Positions 12,140 to 25,574 of a DNA stretch of 64,000 nt are shown piece after piece; position 1 is the first letter of the stretch, and the number at the start of each line of letters is the position of its first letter. The notes under the pieces are model-generated. The model searched no databases. It saw only the letters and a program-made list of their open reading frames with translations, and was not told the origin of the DNA. A program made the position numbers and the translations under genes. This stretch comes from Octopus bimaculoides (taxonomy: Eukaryota): contig NC_068989.1 in the NCBI RefSeq assembly GCF_001194135.2, positions 73,980,700 to 74,044,699 of the forward strand, written 5' to 3'.

Positions 12140-12495
12140 GAAACAAATTGTTTTCAATGCGTCTGGTAGCATCATATGAGTACTTGTTGCCAAAAGCAAC
12201 AAACCGCATAATGCGAACGCATCATTGATGACAGCCGCCGCGTGTATGGTTTTATGAACTGTGATGCATAAAGATGCGAGTGATTTGCCGAAGCTTATTC
12301 CTTTAAGTGCCAAAATCGTTGAAAGTCAGATCGATGAAATGGTAGATGAGGTAAAAAGTCAGTTAATTGAAAAGCTTCCTGAATGGAGATTTTCCATACC
12401 GCTGGATAAATCTATAGTTTGAGATAGTGACCATTACTAATGGCATATGTGAGTCTTCTGGATAATGACATATTTCAAAAGGAAATGCCTTTTTT
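12140..12495 (+). mobile_element. hAT (Charlie/ZBED5/SCAND3-like) transposase fragment, pseudogenic
   Basis: 'VAKSNKPH', 'VMHKDASDLPKLIPLSAKIVESQIDEMVDEVKSQLIEKL..FSIPLDKS' (cf. IPLSNNTVSRRIDEMA...FSLQLDES) and frameshifted 'LMAYV...QKEMPF'. Confidence 0.8.
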
Positions 12496-12631
12496 ATGCC
12501 AAAAAAAAAAACTGGATACAAATACAATGTGTAATTCTATCTCTAATTGACCCAATAATTTTTTTTTTCACCGAAAGCAATTTTCATATCGATAACATAG
12601 GTTCTTACGCAACCGACGAAACTGCCAGTTT

Positions 12632-12735
12632 GGTTGGAAGGCGGTGAACTGGCAGAATCGCCAGCACGCCGGGCAAAATACTTAGCGGCATTTCGGCCGT
12701 TTTTACATTCTGAGTTCAAATTCCGCCGCCCCAAA
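12632..12735 (+). mobile_element. Family B SINE 5' part
   Basis: GGCGGTGAACTGGCAGAATCG...GAGTTCAAATTCCGCCG. Confidence 0.8.
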
Positions 12736-12929
12736 ATTGCTAGCCTTATGCCAAAATTTGAAATCGATATCACGGCCTCAAATATTTAAAAGAAAAATAT
12801 TGAAACTACTATTGCAATTCGCTAGGTAATTAATCGACATCATATCGTGGCAAACATCTAAGGTAAGACTTGCATCAATAACTTATTTATTGTCTTCATA
12901 ATGAAGGTAACAATATTGATTTTTTGTCA

Positions 12930-13080
12930 CCAGTCCAGCAATGTCGGGGGTGTGGGTAAATCAATGACATCGACCCTAGTGTCCCACTGGTACTTATTTT
13001 CTCGACTCCGAAAGGATGAGAGGCAAATTTGTGTTCGCAGAACGTCAAGACGGACGAAACGCCGCTAAGGCCAACTCGCC
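12930..13080 (-). mobile_element. Diverged family B SINE fragment
   Basis: CTGGTACTTATTTTCTCGACTCCGAAAGGATGAGAGGCAAA matches 7610-7650. Confidence 0.7.
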
Positions 13081-13376
13081 ACTTTAATGAAGGTGATAAT
13101 ATTATCTATTTCAATAAGTGTGTGTTGAAAATAAAGAACAGTCTGGCAAATTACGTCTTTATAGGATGGATGTTTTTAGGGCAAATGATAACAGGGGAGG
13201 AAATATTTGACAGTGTACTAAAATGTCTTCAGATATTTTTTACATGGCAGATTTTTACCTTGTTTTAAAATGACATTAATCCGAAGCTTCAGGAAAAGAA
13301 AAAAAAACGTAGCGCCATCTCACACAGACACGCACTCACACATATGAATGTACGAGTGTATGCTTATATATATGCT

Positions 13377-13430
<54 letters not shown>

Positions 13431-14179
13431 TGTTTGTATACATATATATATATATATATATACATACATTCATATGTATACTCACATCGATACATATCCA
13501 CATACACACAGGAACACATGCACACACACACATGCACGTACACACACATGCACACACACATGCACACACACATGCACATTCTTATTCAGTAGCATACACA
13601 CACTCAGGAACAAAGATTTACGCTATTTCTCACGACTGGAAGGTGTTGCAAGAATGTTTTAGACAGTGATTCGTAATTGGTTTTAGATAACTTGGAATCA
13701 CTATTCTCATGTCATTAATGTGAATACATACTCACGTGGATCTTTGTTCTCTTCATTATTTGTTTAACTATGGATACGAATCCAAGTTTAAATAATGACC
13801 TCATGCTGCTACATGACACTAAAGCCGAAGTGTCTAACAAACAAGGTTATAAAGTCATGTGGATAAAGAATGGCATCGGTGTCAAATATCCAAAGTTGTA
13901 ATGGAAAGTTGTATCTCTGATCCTCTAATTCCCTATCTTGTATCTTGTTTAAATGATGCTCTACAGAGGGAACCACGTGTGGACAAAATAATAAAATTGT
14001 TTCAGCTATATAGAAAAGAAAATTTACGATGTTTTTTTTTTTTTAATTTTTCTCCAATTATTTTTGCTCTTGCTAAAACACACCACACTCAGAGAATGAA
14101 CGCGCTAACTTACTATTTTATAAATCAACACCAACTTCATATCTGTAGTTATCCTTAGAGTTATATAACGCGTGTTCTA

Positions 14180-15076
14180 CAAATAAACACACTGAGTAGC
14201 TCTCTTACTGTGCTGTGATGTAACACCAGATGTGTTGCACGCGGACAATCGATACACGTCGTATTTATAAAAGAAGATCAATTGATGTCAGCAAAATCTC
14301 AGGAGTCCTGTCTGATCCATTTCAAGCGGATTGCGTCACAAAGTCAAAAACCCTTATGAACTTGGCACGCGTTGGTTCTCTGACGAGAAAAACTTCGGCA
14401 AAGACCAAAAGTCTAAGAGTAGAAATGATAGATGGTTATGTGCAGATCCTTTCGATGTCCCCGTAGTGATGTTTACTGAGTTTCCACTATTGTGATGATT
14501 TTTAGAGTGGCGAGAAATGAAAATCACATCATGCTACCCCACATCTCTCCACTGGGTTTTAAGAGTAATGCTGCTAGATATACATATACTGAGGTTCTAG
14601 AAAGAGTTGTAAAGTCCCTGGATGGATGAAATACGCAGTGGAAAGCCATACGTGTTTCAACAACAATCAGCACCTTCTCACAAACTCACGTAACCTAAGA
14701 ATGCATGTTTGACAATTTTTACGAACTCGGAGAATGAACCAAACTAGCCAGATTTAAACCCCATGTACTGCTAGGTTCGGAACATCGCTGAAAACGTAAC
14801 TAGTCGAGTTTATCGTTATACCATAGTTTCACCGAAGGCTACTATTGTCCACATGATGTCTGAAATGGATAAGGATCATTTAGTGTTGCTATATCAACCA
14901 TTCTGGTCACGAATTGAAGCTGTCATCGAAGCCAAAAGTGGCTTCATGGAATAATCCTATAACAAAGCTTATTGAAACTATGTGCACAGTTTCTTTTTAT
15001 TAAAATGTTTGGCTTTTGCTAGAATAGAGATATTTATTAATTTACCAAATGTTTTCAAATACCTCTTTCATCCTGT
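14180..15076 (+). mobile_element. Tc1/mariner-superfamily (maT/DD37D-like) transposase remnant with right TIR
   Basis: 'WFSDEKNF...RNDRWLCADP..VPVVM', 'KPYVFQQQSAPSH', 'PDLNPM' and 'SRIEAVIEAKSGFME*'. Ends ...CTCTTTCATCCTG|TA. Confidence 0.85.
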
Positions 15077-15856
15077 ATGCTAAGTTGTTGTTGCTAAAAT
15101 AGAAACCATTACAGCTGTAGTTATCATCATCATCATCATGGTCATCATGGTCATCGTTGTCGTTGTTGTCGTCGTCGCCATCATCCTCATCATCATTACT
15201 AATGTTGATACTGATTTATTGTGAATATATATTTTTAACTTCATTCCGTCATTATGCTTTTATCTTCAGAAGAATAAAAAACGATCCTCCATGGGTTGCA
15301 TTTATATTTCAACATTATTCAAACTGAATAGTAGCTGTCTTAAACTTCAAATGTTTCGTGTAAGAAGTATTGAGCCAAACAGTTGTAGTTTTGGCAATGA
15401 CATCTAAAGAATGTTTTAACGTTAAAACTTAATTCATATTTTAGTTTTCCCTTATGCTTATGTAAAGTATAAGTAAGTGATAACCAAGCCATATATTTCG
15501 TGTAAAAATGATGGAATAAATTTATGATATCAAGGACTGTTTCAGAACTATGTGTTGTTTAAAGTAAGAAAACAGAATATGTAATAAATGTAATATTTTC
15601 ATTGTCAATTCTTTCATTCTTTCACTGGTTCCAATTACAGAGCTGTAAATTGCCGGAATAGTGCTTTCAAAGGTTCAACCTGTGAATTCTAAGTGAGGTA
15701 GGTAAAGATCCCGTGGTTAGGTGAAAAATGTCCGAGATCTTGAGAAATTACTAGAAGATCCAATAATGAACGATAAAATTGTAGATGTTCACAAAGTTCA
15801 AGGATGAAAAATGTTTGGCATTAGTTTTTTTTCAAATTTAAATGGTTTATCAAGTG

Positions 15857-16237
15857 TACGAGGTGGTATCAAAACGTTTCCGGACTGGTTCTATAGCGCG
15901 CCAATAGATGGCAGCATATGGTTGCGTGCGCAGTGAGAGCTAGCAGTGATCTTCATGAGGCATTGTGCCAAGTGACATCACTCTGTAGTCTGTGGTTTTT
16001 GCTGTAGTCTGTGGTTTTTGCTGTAGTCTGTGGTTTTTGCCATGGACAAGAAGTTGAAGCAAAGGGCCAACGTGAAATTTTGCGTCTGTTACAGAGATAT
16101 TGAGCATGCGTCGGCGGAGACAAGGCAATGTTTCGAGTTAAACAGGCGCTTCAAAAGCAAAAGAACATCCCTGAAACACGATGAGCTATCTGGATGACCT
16201 GCCACGAATGTCACTCCCAGAAATGTGGAGAAAATTA
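15857..16237 (+). mobile_element. Mariner (DD34D-type) 5' end with left TIR
   Basis: TA|CGAGGTGGTATCAAAACGTTTCCGGACTGG terminus, then 'MDKKLKQRANVKFCV' and decayed 'RFKSKRTSL..DE.SG*P..VTPRNVEKI'. Confidence 0.8.
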
Positions 16238-17859
16238 ATTAGGTTTAGCACGTGTATTATCCGTACCTTCACAGCATGGAAAAACTGCCAAAGTGAGATA
16301 AGCTTCTCCATGGCGTAAATGCACGGACGTAGTAGGAAACCTTTTCAAAACTATGCAGCTTTCTCTGCATAATATTTGCCAGTCAAAACACCTGTTTTCT
16401 TTTTTATAGAAATGCGTTATTCTCTTCGCTTGTTTATATCGTAATTCTTTCACCGAGGAATAACAACTTGTTGAAACTTTAGGAATCCAAGAATCGTCAA
16501 GGAATCTCGCAGTGAGATTGAACCCGAAACCAAGTGGTTGCAAAGCCAATGTCTTAACCATGCATTTCTGTAAATATTCAACTTATTTTTCTTCCTGTCA
16601 TAACTCGTAGCAATTCACATACGTACCATTAATTTCTGTATAGTCATTTTACGGCCTGACATAACCGTTATCTGTCTACATAATATAGTTTCTATTTATT
16701 TATATTGGAAACCTATTTATTTATTTAATATAGCAAGGTATAAATATTCTCATAATTTTGTTAATAACGGCGTTTCGTCTGTCAAGAGGTGTCCGGTTCC
16801 ACCTTTTCAATTTCTACTTTTCTGTAGTATATTATAATTTGATATTAGTGTTACTTTAGTCTTTCAGAATATCAACCTTAGTTATAATCTAATTCATTCC
16901 TGCTAAATATTAATACTTACTTTCAATGAATGTTCTCATCATTTATAGTTTTTTTTAATTAAATGGGGCTATCATATTCACCAAATGAGACATTTGCATA
17001 ATATTCCTTGATAACAAGCTATTCCATTACGTTTCATCAAAGTTTTTCCGATAACAAATAGATGCATAAACATCTTTCTTTAATTAACTTCGGGAATCCT
17101 TCTGTGTTACCTGATATATATGATAAATATACTTACTTTAATAACCCTTTTCGGTTATTTAACCCGAAGAAAACAAAATTCCCAAATGTAACGTAACTTC
17201 CGAATTTGCTTTGCCTGGCGTTTTATTTAATTGTATCCTACTTAATATAAGTGTATATGAACAATTCTGAAGTATAGTGAATTCCTTAGAGCTTAATGTA
17301 TATTTTTTGTATATTTATGTTGAGTTTTAATCAATTATTTTTGCTCTTCATATTTTCTGTATATTTATCATTTCCTAAACAACATTTAAAAGTAATCATA
17401 TTTACGTAATAATTACCTCTGTTTCACTGATTCCAATAATTACTTAAATCAGTAATGCATTTACATATTCAATATTCAGTTATAAATTTACTTTCAATTT
17501 TTAGTTTTCATTTTAAAAGATAAATCAAATTAACTGCCTTACGAAATTTCATTAAGAAGATTTTAAAACTTTGTGTAGTTTAGTAACACGTTTTAGGATT
17601 CTTAAAACATAAGTCATATTTATTTATTTTTTATAAGCAATAATTGTGTATTGCTTAAAATTTTCATTTTTAATATTAACATTAATTTTGTGTAATATTC
17701 TAGGGATGATTTCCTCTCCCTTCCATTTCAAATAAACGTAAACAGATTAAGTCTAGCACCCAGTAACATGTACATAAATACGCATTTATTGTGGCGACGA
17801 ACACACATGCGGAGCCATACATTCAAACAAGATCAAGCTGTATATTGTATAATGGGATA

Positions 17860-18290
17860 TGCAAAAGATTGACCATTATGAACTGTTAAAAATAATCAAA
17901 CAATCTTAGTTGAGGTTTATTATTAACAATTACGGCATTTGAAAATATTGCTGGGCAAAAATACGACTGCCCTCTGTGAACAGAAACAGAGGTAATTATT
18001 CACCATTACAATGCTTGTCCCACGTACGAAATCAGCAACTAAGGATGTCCTAGAAGATCCTAACTAGGAATAAAAGTTTAACTCATTATATTCTCAGATC
18101 CACTTCTGTCAGGAGATTATGCAAGCACGCAGGTAGATAGTCTTGAGTTAACTTCAGAAAGATGTTCGAAAATGGGGCAATGTGTTACTTCAAGTCAAAA
18201 GCTAAGAAAGTGTTTAAACGCGGCATACCAGAACTTGTCGAGGAATGAAATAAAATTACGGTAAGCAATGCAACATATATTGTTGATTAA
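17860..18290 (+). mobile_element. Decayed mariner transposase C-terminal remnant
   Basis: 'VIIHHYNAC' (cf. HHDNARPH) and 'FKSKAKKVFKRGIPELVEE*NKI..N..YIVD*' (cf. FFASKPKEFYERGIMKLPERWQKVI.NNGEYI.D). Confidence 0.6.
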
Positions 18291-19539
18291 ATGCATCTAT
18301 AATTACCACAAGTTTGTTTCAAAATCGGGCAAGACTTTCGTTACAGTCTGTTATAAATTAGAAAAGCATTTTATTTGAGTTTGATCCATATGAACATAGA
18401 TCAAGACATAACAGAATATTAACGTGTTATTTAAAGAATCGTTTTCAGGAACTAATGCTCACTTCTTATTCAAGCAGCCACAGTTTTTTTCTGTAATGTC
18501 TTTTGGGAGAAACAGAATGACAGTACGTCTTATTCATTATCGCGATGTTAGAAGATTTTATTCATCAAGCTCTCAGCATTTGAATAAAAATTTTCACCTG
18601 AGACATCAATAAGAAAGAGTTTGCTAATATTATCTGTAAATACGTTATCATGTGAAGGTTATCCTTATATGTCGTGAGCTATTCACCGTTACTGATCCTT
18701 ATTCCACTCTATGTATCAAATACTGTAATGGAATCTATTCTCAGACTGGTACTTCTGTATTGAACAATTACAGTTGCTTACAATAACCAATGCACAATCT
18801 TGTACATTTATTTACTGACTATTTGTTCGCTTTCTTCAGTAAGTCCGATGAAGGATGTGATGAGTTGATGATGTATATTCTATCGAGTTGTCTCTTTACT
18901 TACTGAAAAATAATTAAAATAATGTAAGTCAATAACACCGATATCCACTTCGAACAGTTTTTTCGCTGAAATAATTAATTTGATTAGTCCAGGAACCTCT
19001 GGTTGATGAGATACAATATGATGAAACATCGGTGCCTCAGAAGCTCTTGCACTAATAAATCGAGTGTGATATCAGCACATAATCATTGTTAAGGCGAAAT
19101 TGTTCTATGACAAACAAAACAGCGATTAGCATATTTTGTCGTATAAAAATGCAAAGTTAATGTGCTGAATTTTGTTCTTCACCGTACATACAACGATTTA
19201 TTATCGATTGGCAGATATCAGCACGGATCAGCGAACACTTCGTTGAAATTATAAACAAGACTATCGGTTCTTGTTTAGGTTCATTAGTCCAGGTATTGCT
19301 AGCTGACAAGACGCAACATATTGAAATTCTGGTAACCCAGAATCCCTTGAACTAATGGACAAAGTGCATTATGAACATATAGTCGTTGTAAAGATGTTCT
19401 AGTGTGACGAATACAACAACAATTAGCATATTTGCATTCCAATCTGCCGGAACGTATTACGAATAAATATGCTTATTACCCTACACTTAAACATACACCC
19501 CACACACACACCTGGACGCACGTACGGATGCACGTACAC

Positions 19540-19601
<62 letters not shown>

Positions 19602-19789
19602 ACGTACGTACGTATGTTTGTATGTATATATGTATGTATCACTGCTTTATCTTGACAATAAAGCAATAACGAAGCAATTTTCTTCATAGCAATTCTCCTC
19701 AAACTGCTAATGTTCTGGTGAAGGGAAATTTTAGAGATCGGATCTTCAGAGACCGGATATTCAGAGACCGGATATTTCAGAGACCGGAT

Positions 19790-20480
19790 ATTCTTGAAAG
19801 AAAACATTGGCCACAATGACTTATATGAAATCTGGACGCTTGATAGAATATGTAACGTGGACAGCAGCAACCGGTGTATTGGAAATTGCTTGCATCGAAG
19901 TGGCACGAGACCAGATAACTTCGAGGTACAGAAGCCCCTACAGTTACGAGAAAAAAGGCTCATAGAAAACAGAAGTATATCTGTGGATTAAAGGTCGGAG
20001 CATGTTTCTAAGTGGCTGCATACCGATCAGTTAAGGGACCTGCTGCGAATGAGGTCTAGCAAGTCTCTGCATATGCAGAAACACCGCTCCAAATACTGAA
20101 CAATACTCAATTATAGGCCACACACCTGCTTCACAGAGGAGTAAACGTTTTATTAAATTTGGAGTATTTTTTGGTTCTGAAAAGTAGAGCTGTTTGAGAT
20201 GTAGTCTTTGATATGTTGAGGACATTTGGTTGGGGACCTGAAAGACGACGAGGAGTAACATTTAAGGAGAACGTGATGGTTCTAATTACTTACTGTTCAA
20301 ATTTAAGTACGTTGATGCAATTTAAGAGATTAGTGTGTGATGTCACAATATTATTGGAATCTTTTGAGGAAAGAGGTATTGTCTAGTGGTTTTAGTTTTC
20401 GTGTTCGCATCTAATGAAATGTTCAGGTGGTGTCAGTGAGCTTTGATGTCACGATATTGTTCAGCAAGAAGCCTGCTTCA
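19790..20480 (-). mobile_element. Decayed CR1/Jockey-clade LINE 3' ORF2 remnant
   Basis: 'VWPIIEYCSVFG' (cf. RPxMEYCSHIWG), 'GMQPL' and 'RNCRGFCTSKLSGLVP' (cf. YYxGxCSxELAxLVP). Confidence 0.6.
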
Positions 20481-20614
20481 AATTGTAACAAAGAAAACTA
20501 CGATAATCACCTATGAAACAGGTAGTTGTGTTAAAATAGGTGACATTTTTACCCCTAGATAACATTTAGGTGGAATTTTTACCCCTGCTCACGTAAATTA
20601 TTTTTTGAGCAGTA

Positions 20615-21000
20615 TACTTTTATTCTTTTATTCTTGTATTTGTTCCAGTAATTGGACTGCAGCCATGCTAATGAACCGCCTGGAATATCTTTTGCAACCG
20701 AAACGACTCCAATACTTATTTAATTGTTTTTTAAAGACAGGTACTTATTTTATCGGTTCTTTTGTCGAGCCACTTAGTTAGGGGGGTCACAAACTAGCCA
20801 ACACTGGCTTTCAAGAAATGGGGCATAAGTACAAAAACAAACACAAAGACATACACCCACATATGCACATATATATGAAGGTCTTCCACACACTTTTTGT
20901 CAACCTTATCCACTCACAAATCATTGGTCGGCCCAAGGTTAGAATAGAAGGCCCTGGCTCAGGTGCTCAAAAGTAAGACTGAACACAAAATTACGTTGTT
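20615..21000 (-). mobile_element. Diverged family A SINE
   Basis: Colinear with the reverse complement of 1990-2340. Confidence 0.7.
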
Positions 21001-21747
21001 GCGCCTATATGTTTAAAAATAAGGTAATTCATTTTGAAATCTTCCTATTTGAATTTGACTTTTACAATGACAGCCTGTGTGAATGACTTCAGTTAATCAG
21101 CGCGTAGGTTCACCGTCCAACTTCCATTTGTTTACGTGTTATACAATGATTCTTTGTTGTAAAAGAAAATGGGAAACTCTAGCCATGGAGTCATGGATAG
21201 ATATGTAGATAGAAACATGAAGAAAGCAAGCGAGAGATTGAAACAGACAGAGAGAGGGAAAGAGAATGGATGTCAGAGAGATAGAGAAAACAATTTCTTT
21301 TCTGGAAATCTATTTCAAAACTAAGATAATTTTTCTAATACTTTGGCACACACCTGATTAAAGACGTTATATGGAACGATTAAACTATATATTGAATATT
21401 GACAATTTCTTTTATTAGAACCATCCAAATCGTAACAAATACGAAAATAACCACACAGAAAAAAAAGCAAAACTAAACAAAAACAAATAAAAACAATCTT
21501 TAACGAAAGAAAAAAAAAGGCACGATATATATAATTGGATTTTAACGGAAATAAACGGACATTAGAGGAAACTTGGAAACCATTAAAACGAACAAATAAA
21601 ATAAAAACTCTCTTTTAGCGTGGGAGAAGACTTTCTTTACAAAGCACAATATAAATCGAATACTTTAAAATTATTTTAATTATTTGAATATGATTTTCTC
21701 TCGTTCTTTCGATTAATCTTTCCCTCACTCCCTGTCTGTCTGTCTCT

Positions 21748-21800
<53 letters not shown>

Positions 21801-21953
21801 CATCTATCTTTCTCTCTACTTTTCTATTTTTCCATCTCTCTTTCTTTCTATTTCTATCTATCTCCCTCTCCCCCCTCTCTCTCTCTCTATCTATCTACCC
21901 CCTTTTTACTCTTTCTATCTGTATATCTTTCACTCTCTTCCTCTTCTTTCTCT

Positions 21954-21994
<41 letters not shown>

Positions 21995-22494
21995 ATCTAT
22001 CTATCTATCTATTACTTAATTTTGTTCATTCAGTTTATTTGGAAGCTAAGCGAATTTTACATTTCCTTGACAGTCTCTGAAATATCAAATGGTCACAATT
22101 ACCATAGAATTTGTTTCATATTATTTCTGAAGCCCACGTATTATTGTCTATTGCCATTACATATTCCATTTCCCTTTTCATGTATATGTTTATTGCTACT
22201 TTGCAACGAGCGTGGATGTTCGTTCTATTAGAAATATTATCGACTTAGTCTCCCACACATGGCAAACTTCTATCTTGACAAAAGGAGAGTCACGTTGCAT
22301 GATATAGCCATAGATATACCATGTCTGGAAACAAAAGACAGGATGAGTACGACCGAAAGGTTGTGGAGCACAGGTGTTTTTGATCAGAAATGAAGTAATA
22401 GCTAAGCAACAACAACGACAACAACAACAACAACAACACAAAACATATTCTTTAAGGTAACCGGGATGTCAGTTCTTACTATTGTCAGCACTAA

Positions 22495-22766
22495 GGAATC
22501 TTATATTCTTTTATTCTTAGACTTGCTTCAGTCACTGGACTTCTGCCATGACGGGTTTTGTCAAGTCAATCAACTTACCCCAGTAAATATTTGCTTCAGT
22601 CTGGTACTTATTCTATCGATCACTTTTTGCCAATCCACTTTGTTACGGGGACGTAAACAAAACAAGACCGGTTGTCAAGTGATAGGACGGCAAACAAAAG
22701 GACACACAAATGTACATTTTATCTAACTATCGATCTGTCTGTCTATCAACATATATACAAACATAA

Positions 22767-22805
<39 letters not shown>

Positions 22806-23100
22806 TGTGTGTGTGTGTATTTTATCTTTTATCTACCAAATCAAGCCACAAGGCTTTAGTTTATAACAGATGTTTATAATAGATGGCACTTGCCGAAGGT
22901 GCCACGCAGTGGATGAAAAGAAACCCCTTACCGCAACACACCTACATACATACGATGGGCGTCTACACTGTTTCTGTCAGAAGGCAACGGGTCAGACTGG
23001 AGCTATAGTAGATGACACTTGGTCAAAGTACCGCACAGTGGGACTGAACCCGAAATCACGTAGTTGAGAAGCGAACTGCTTCACCACATAGCCATCACAG
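22495..23100 (-). mobile_element. Family A SINE with expanded internal microsatellite
   Basis: Tail at 22500 and tRNA head ending ...CACCACATAGCC at 23095. Confidence 0.75.
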
Positions 23101-24710
23101 CGCACGTCTAAATCATTATTTTCTGAGGTCCTTGCGGGAATCAATTCAAATCTATACATTTATCAGGAGTAGATACAGTAATTATCCGTGTTAACTAAAG
23201 AAAAAAAAATGGGAAAGTTATATTTTTGATAATAATATAGTAATACTGGTGAAAGTAAAGATCAGTAATTTTTCATATACTCCTCCGGAATTTATTCGCC
23301 ATGAGCACGAATCTTAAGCGCAAAATACCAATTTTTTTATTTTAAGAATATAAAAATGTTCAGGAAATGAAAACAATATCCTCTTACATTTTACAAAGCT
23401 GAAGTCAATCTATTTTTTCCAAGTGTTTTCTATGCATTGCTGCTGGATAGCTTATTTGTTCTCTGACACTGTTTAGCAGGCAATAAAGGATACACAGTTA
23501 TAAATGCGAAAAGGATTATCTAGAGAAGAAAGCTTGGTTGTTTGTCATGATACTTCGAAAGCAAAGCAGCTTCAAAATAAAAGGTACCGGATTAAAAAAG
23601 AAATATCTTTGTTTTATTACGTAATTTGATATTCTTCCATTTCTTTCATCATCTTGTTCAAGAGATTATTGTGCCAGCTGGATATTAGCATTCCTGAAAT
23701 GGATTACAAAGTAGAAACCACTACGATATTACAGTTGGAGACATTCATAACACTAAGATGAAAAAAACACATTCACCCCTCAAAATACGTAATCGGAACT
23801 TACACGTACTCCAGAGTACCTATCGTATTGCGAGGGAAGCTTGTTGATATCTTTCGCAATACGACACGGAGCAATATATTTGAATGGTAGGGACTACTTT
23901 ATATAGAAAACAACCTCGGCCCTCAAAATACATAGGTACAAGCCATTCGCTAAAACTTACGTACTCTGTGATACTTGTCGCTTTTCCTTGCAATACGAAC
24001 TGGAACAATGCTTTTATGTTTAAGAATCGTATAATTGCTTCTGTCTACACATATTGGGCGTGATCAAAAACATTCCACCAGTAGAAATCCCGGATACAAA
24101 TCCTAGGTTATCTTATCCAAAATATCCTTTCTAATATGCTAGAGTATATGTGCGGTTTGAAGGAGGTTTTAATAAATCAAACAACAACGTAAGATATCCC
24201 TTTGTTCATACAGTAATAAGCTATATCTTGGAAGCGGAGAAACCACTTATACAGAAAATAAAGAAATCACGGGCCTTTGTGTTAACAGTAGTCCAGTTAC
24301 TTTTATTGCTATAGTGTTATCATTGATTCAGATATCAATCTCTCCAGGAAGTTGACCAGAGAAAAGTTGCAACAATCTTTAACTCTGAAAGCAAGGAATT
24401 CTAAGTGAGGCTTTAGTATTTCATGTCCATAAAGACAAATTTCTATTAGACATGCTTCGACAGGGTCAAATATATAACTGGCTACTTTTTGAATCACTGG
24501 ACGTCAAAATTTTGTAGATGCTCGGCTGAAGACTTGTATTTCTCAAACAGAGAAGAACCTAGTACTCTAAAAAGTCAGATTGGGTACCGTTATTGATTTT
24601 GCAAAAAGCATAATTGCTAATGTTGAGTGAAAAAGTTCCTTTACAAAGTGAACGACTCTTTACAGAAGAAGAAAAAGGGAAGGAACAGGACGAAAGGAAG
24701 GTGAGAAGGA

Positions 24711-24711
<1 letters not shown>

Positions 24712-24769
<58 letters not shown>

Positions 24770-24770
24770 T

Positions 24771-24814
<44 letters not shown>

Positions 24815-24815
24815 T

Positions 24816-24853
<38 letters not shown>

Positions 24854-24868
24854 ATAATAATAATAATA
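24712..24868. repeat. (ACT)n-(AAT)n microsatellite at a family A SINE tail (SINE fragment 24868-25100, minus)
   Basis: Directly visible. It explains the poly-Leu ORF 24614..24967. Confidence 0.95.
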
Positions 24869-25084
24869 GTTCATTTTTGTTTTAATTGCTTCAGTCATCT
24901 TCACTGCGGCCATGCTGGAGCACCGCCTTTAATCGAACAAATCGACCTCAGGACTTATTCTTTGTAAGCCTAGTACGTATTCTATCGGACTCTTTTGCCG
25001 AAGCGTTAAGTTATGGAATCGTAAACACACCAATATCGGTTGTCAAGTGATGGTGGGGGGACAGATACTGACACACAAGCATAT

Positions 25085-25121
<37 letters not shown>

Positions 25122-25538
25122 NNNNNNNNNNNNNNNNNNNNNNNNNNNNNNNNNNNNNNNNNNNNNNNNNNNNNNNNNNNNNNNNNNNNNNNNNNNNNNN
25201 NNNNNNNNNNNNNNNNNNNNNNNNNNNNNNNNNNNNNNNNNNNNNNNNNNNNNNNNNNNNNNNNNNNNNNNNNNNNNNNNNNNNNNNNNNNNNNNNNNNN
25301 NNNNNNNNNNNNNNNNNNNNNNNAGAAGAAGAAGAAGAAGAAGAAGAAGAAGAAGAAGAAGAAGAAGAAGAAGAAGACATATCAATATTGTACATCACTA
25401 CGTTAATCAGAAGTGTATCTGCGTGTGTGTGTGTATGTATGTATGTATGTATGCTTGTATATACGTATGCATGCATGTATGTATGCATGTGTGTGTGTGT
25501 ATGTGTGTGTGTGTATGTGTGTGTGTGTGTGTATGTGT

Positions 25539-25567
<29 letters not shown>

Positions 25568-25574
<7 letters not shown>

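Noticed and set aside
24309-24600. 62-aa minus ORF and a possible short plus-strand exon
   Set aside because: No recognisable motif and weak splice signals; compatible with chance.
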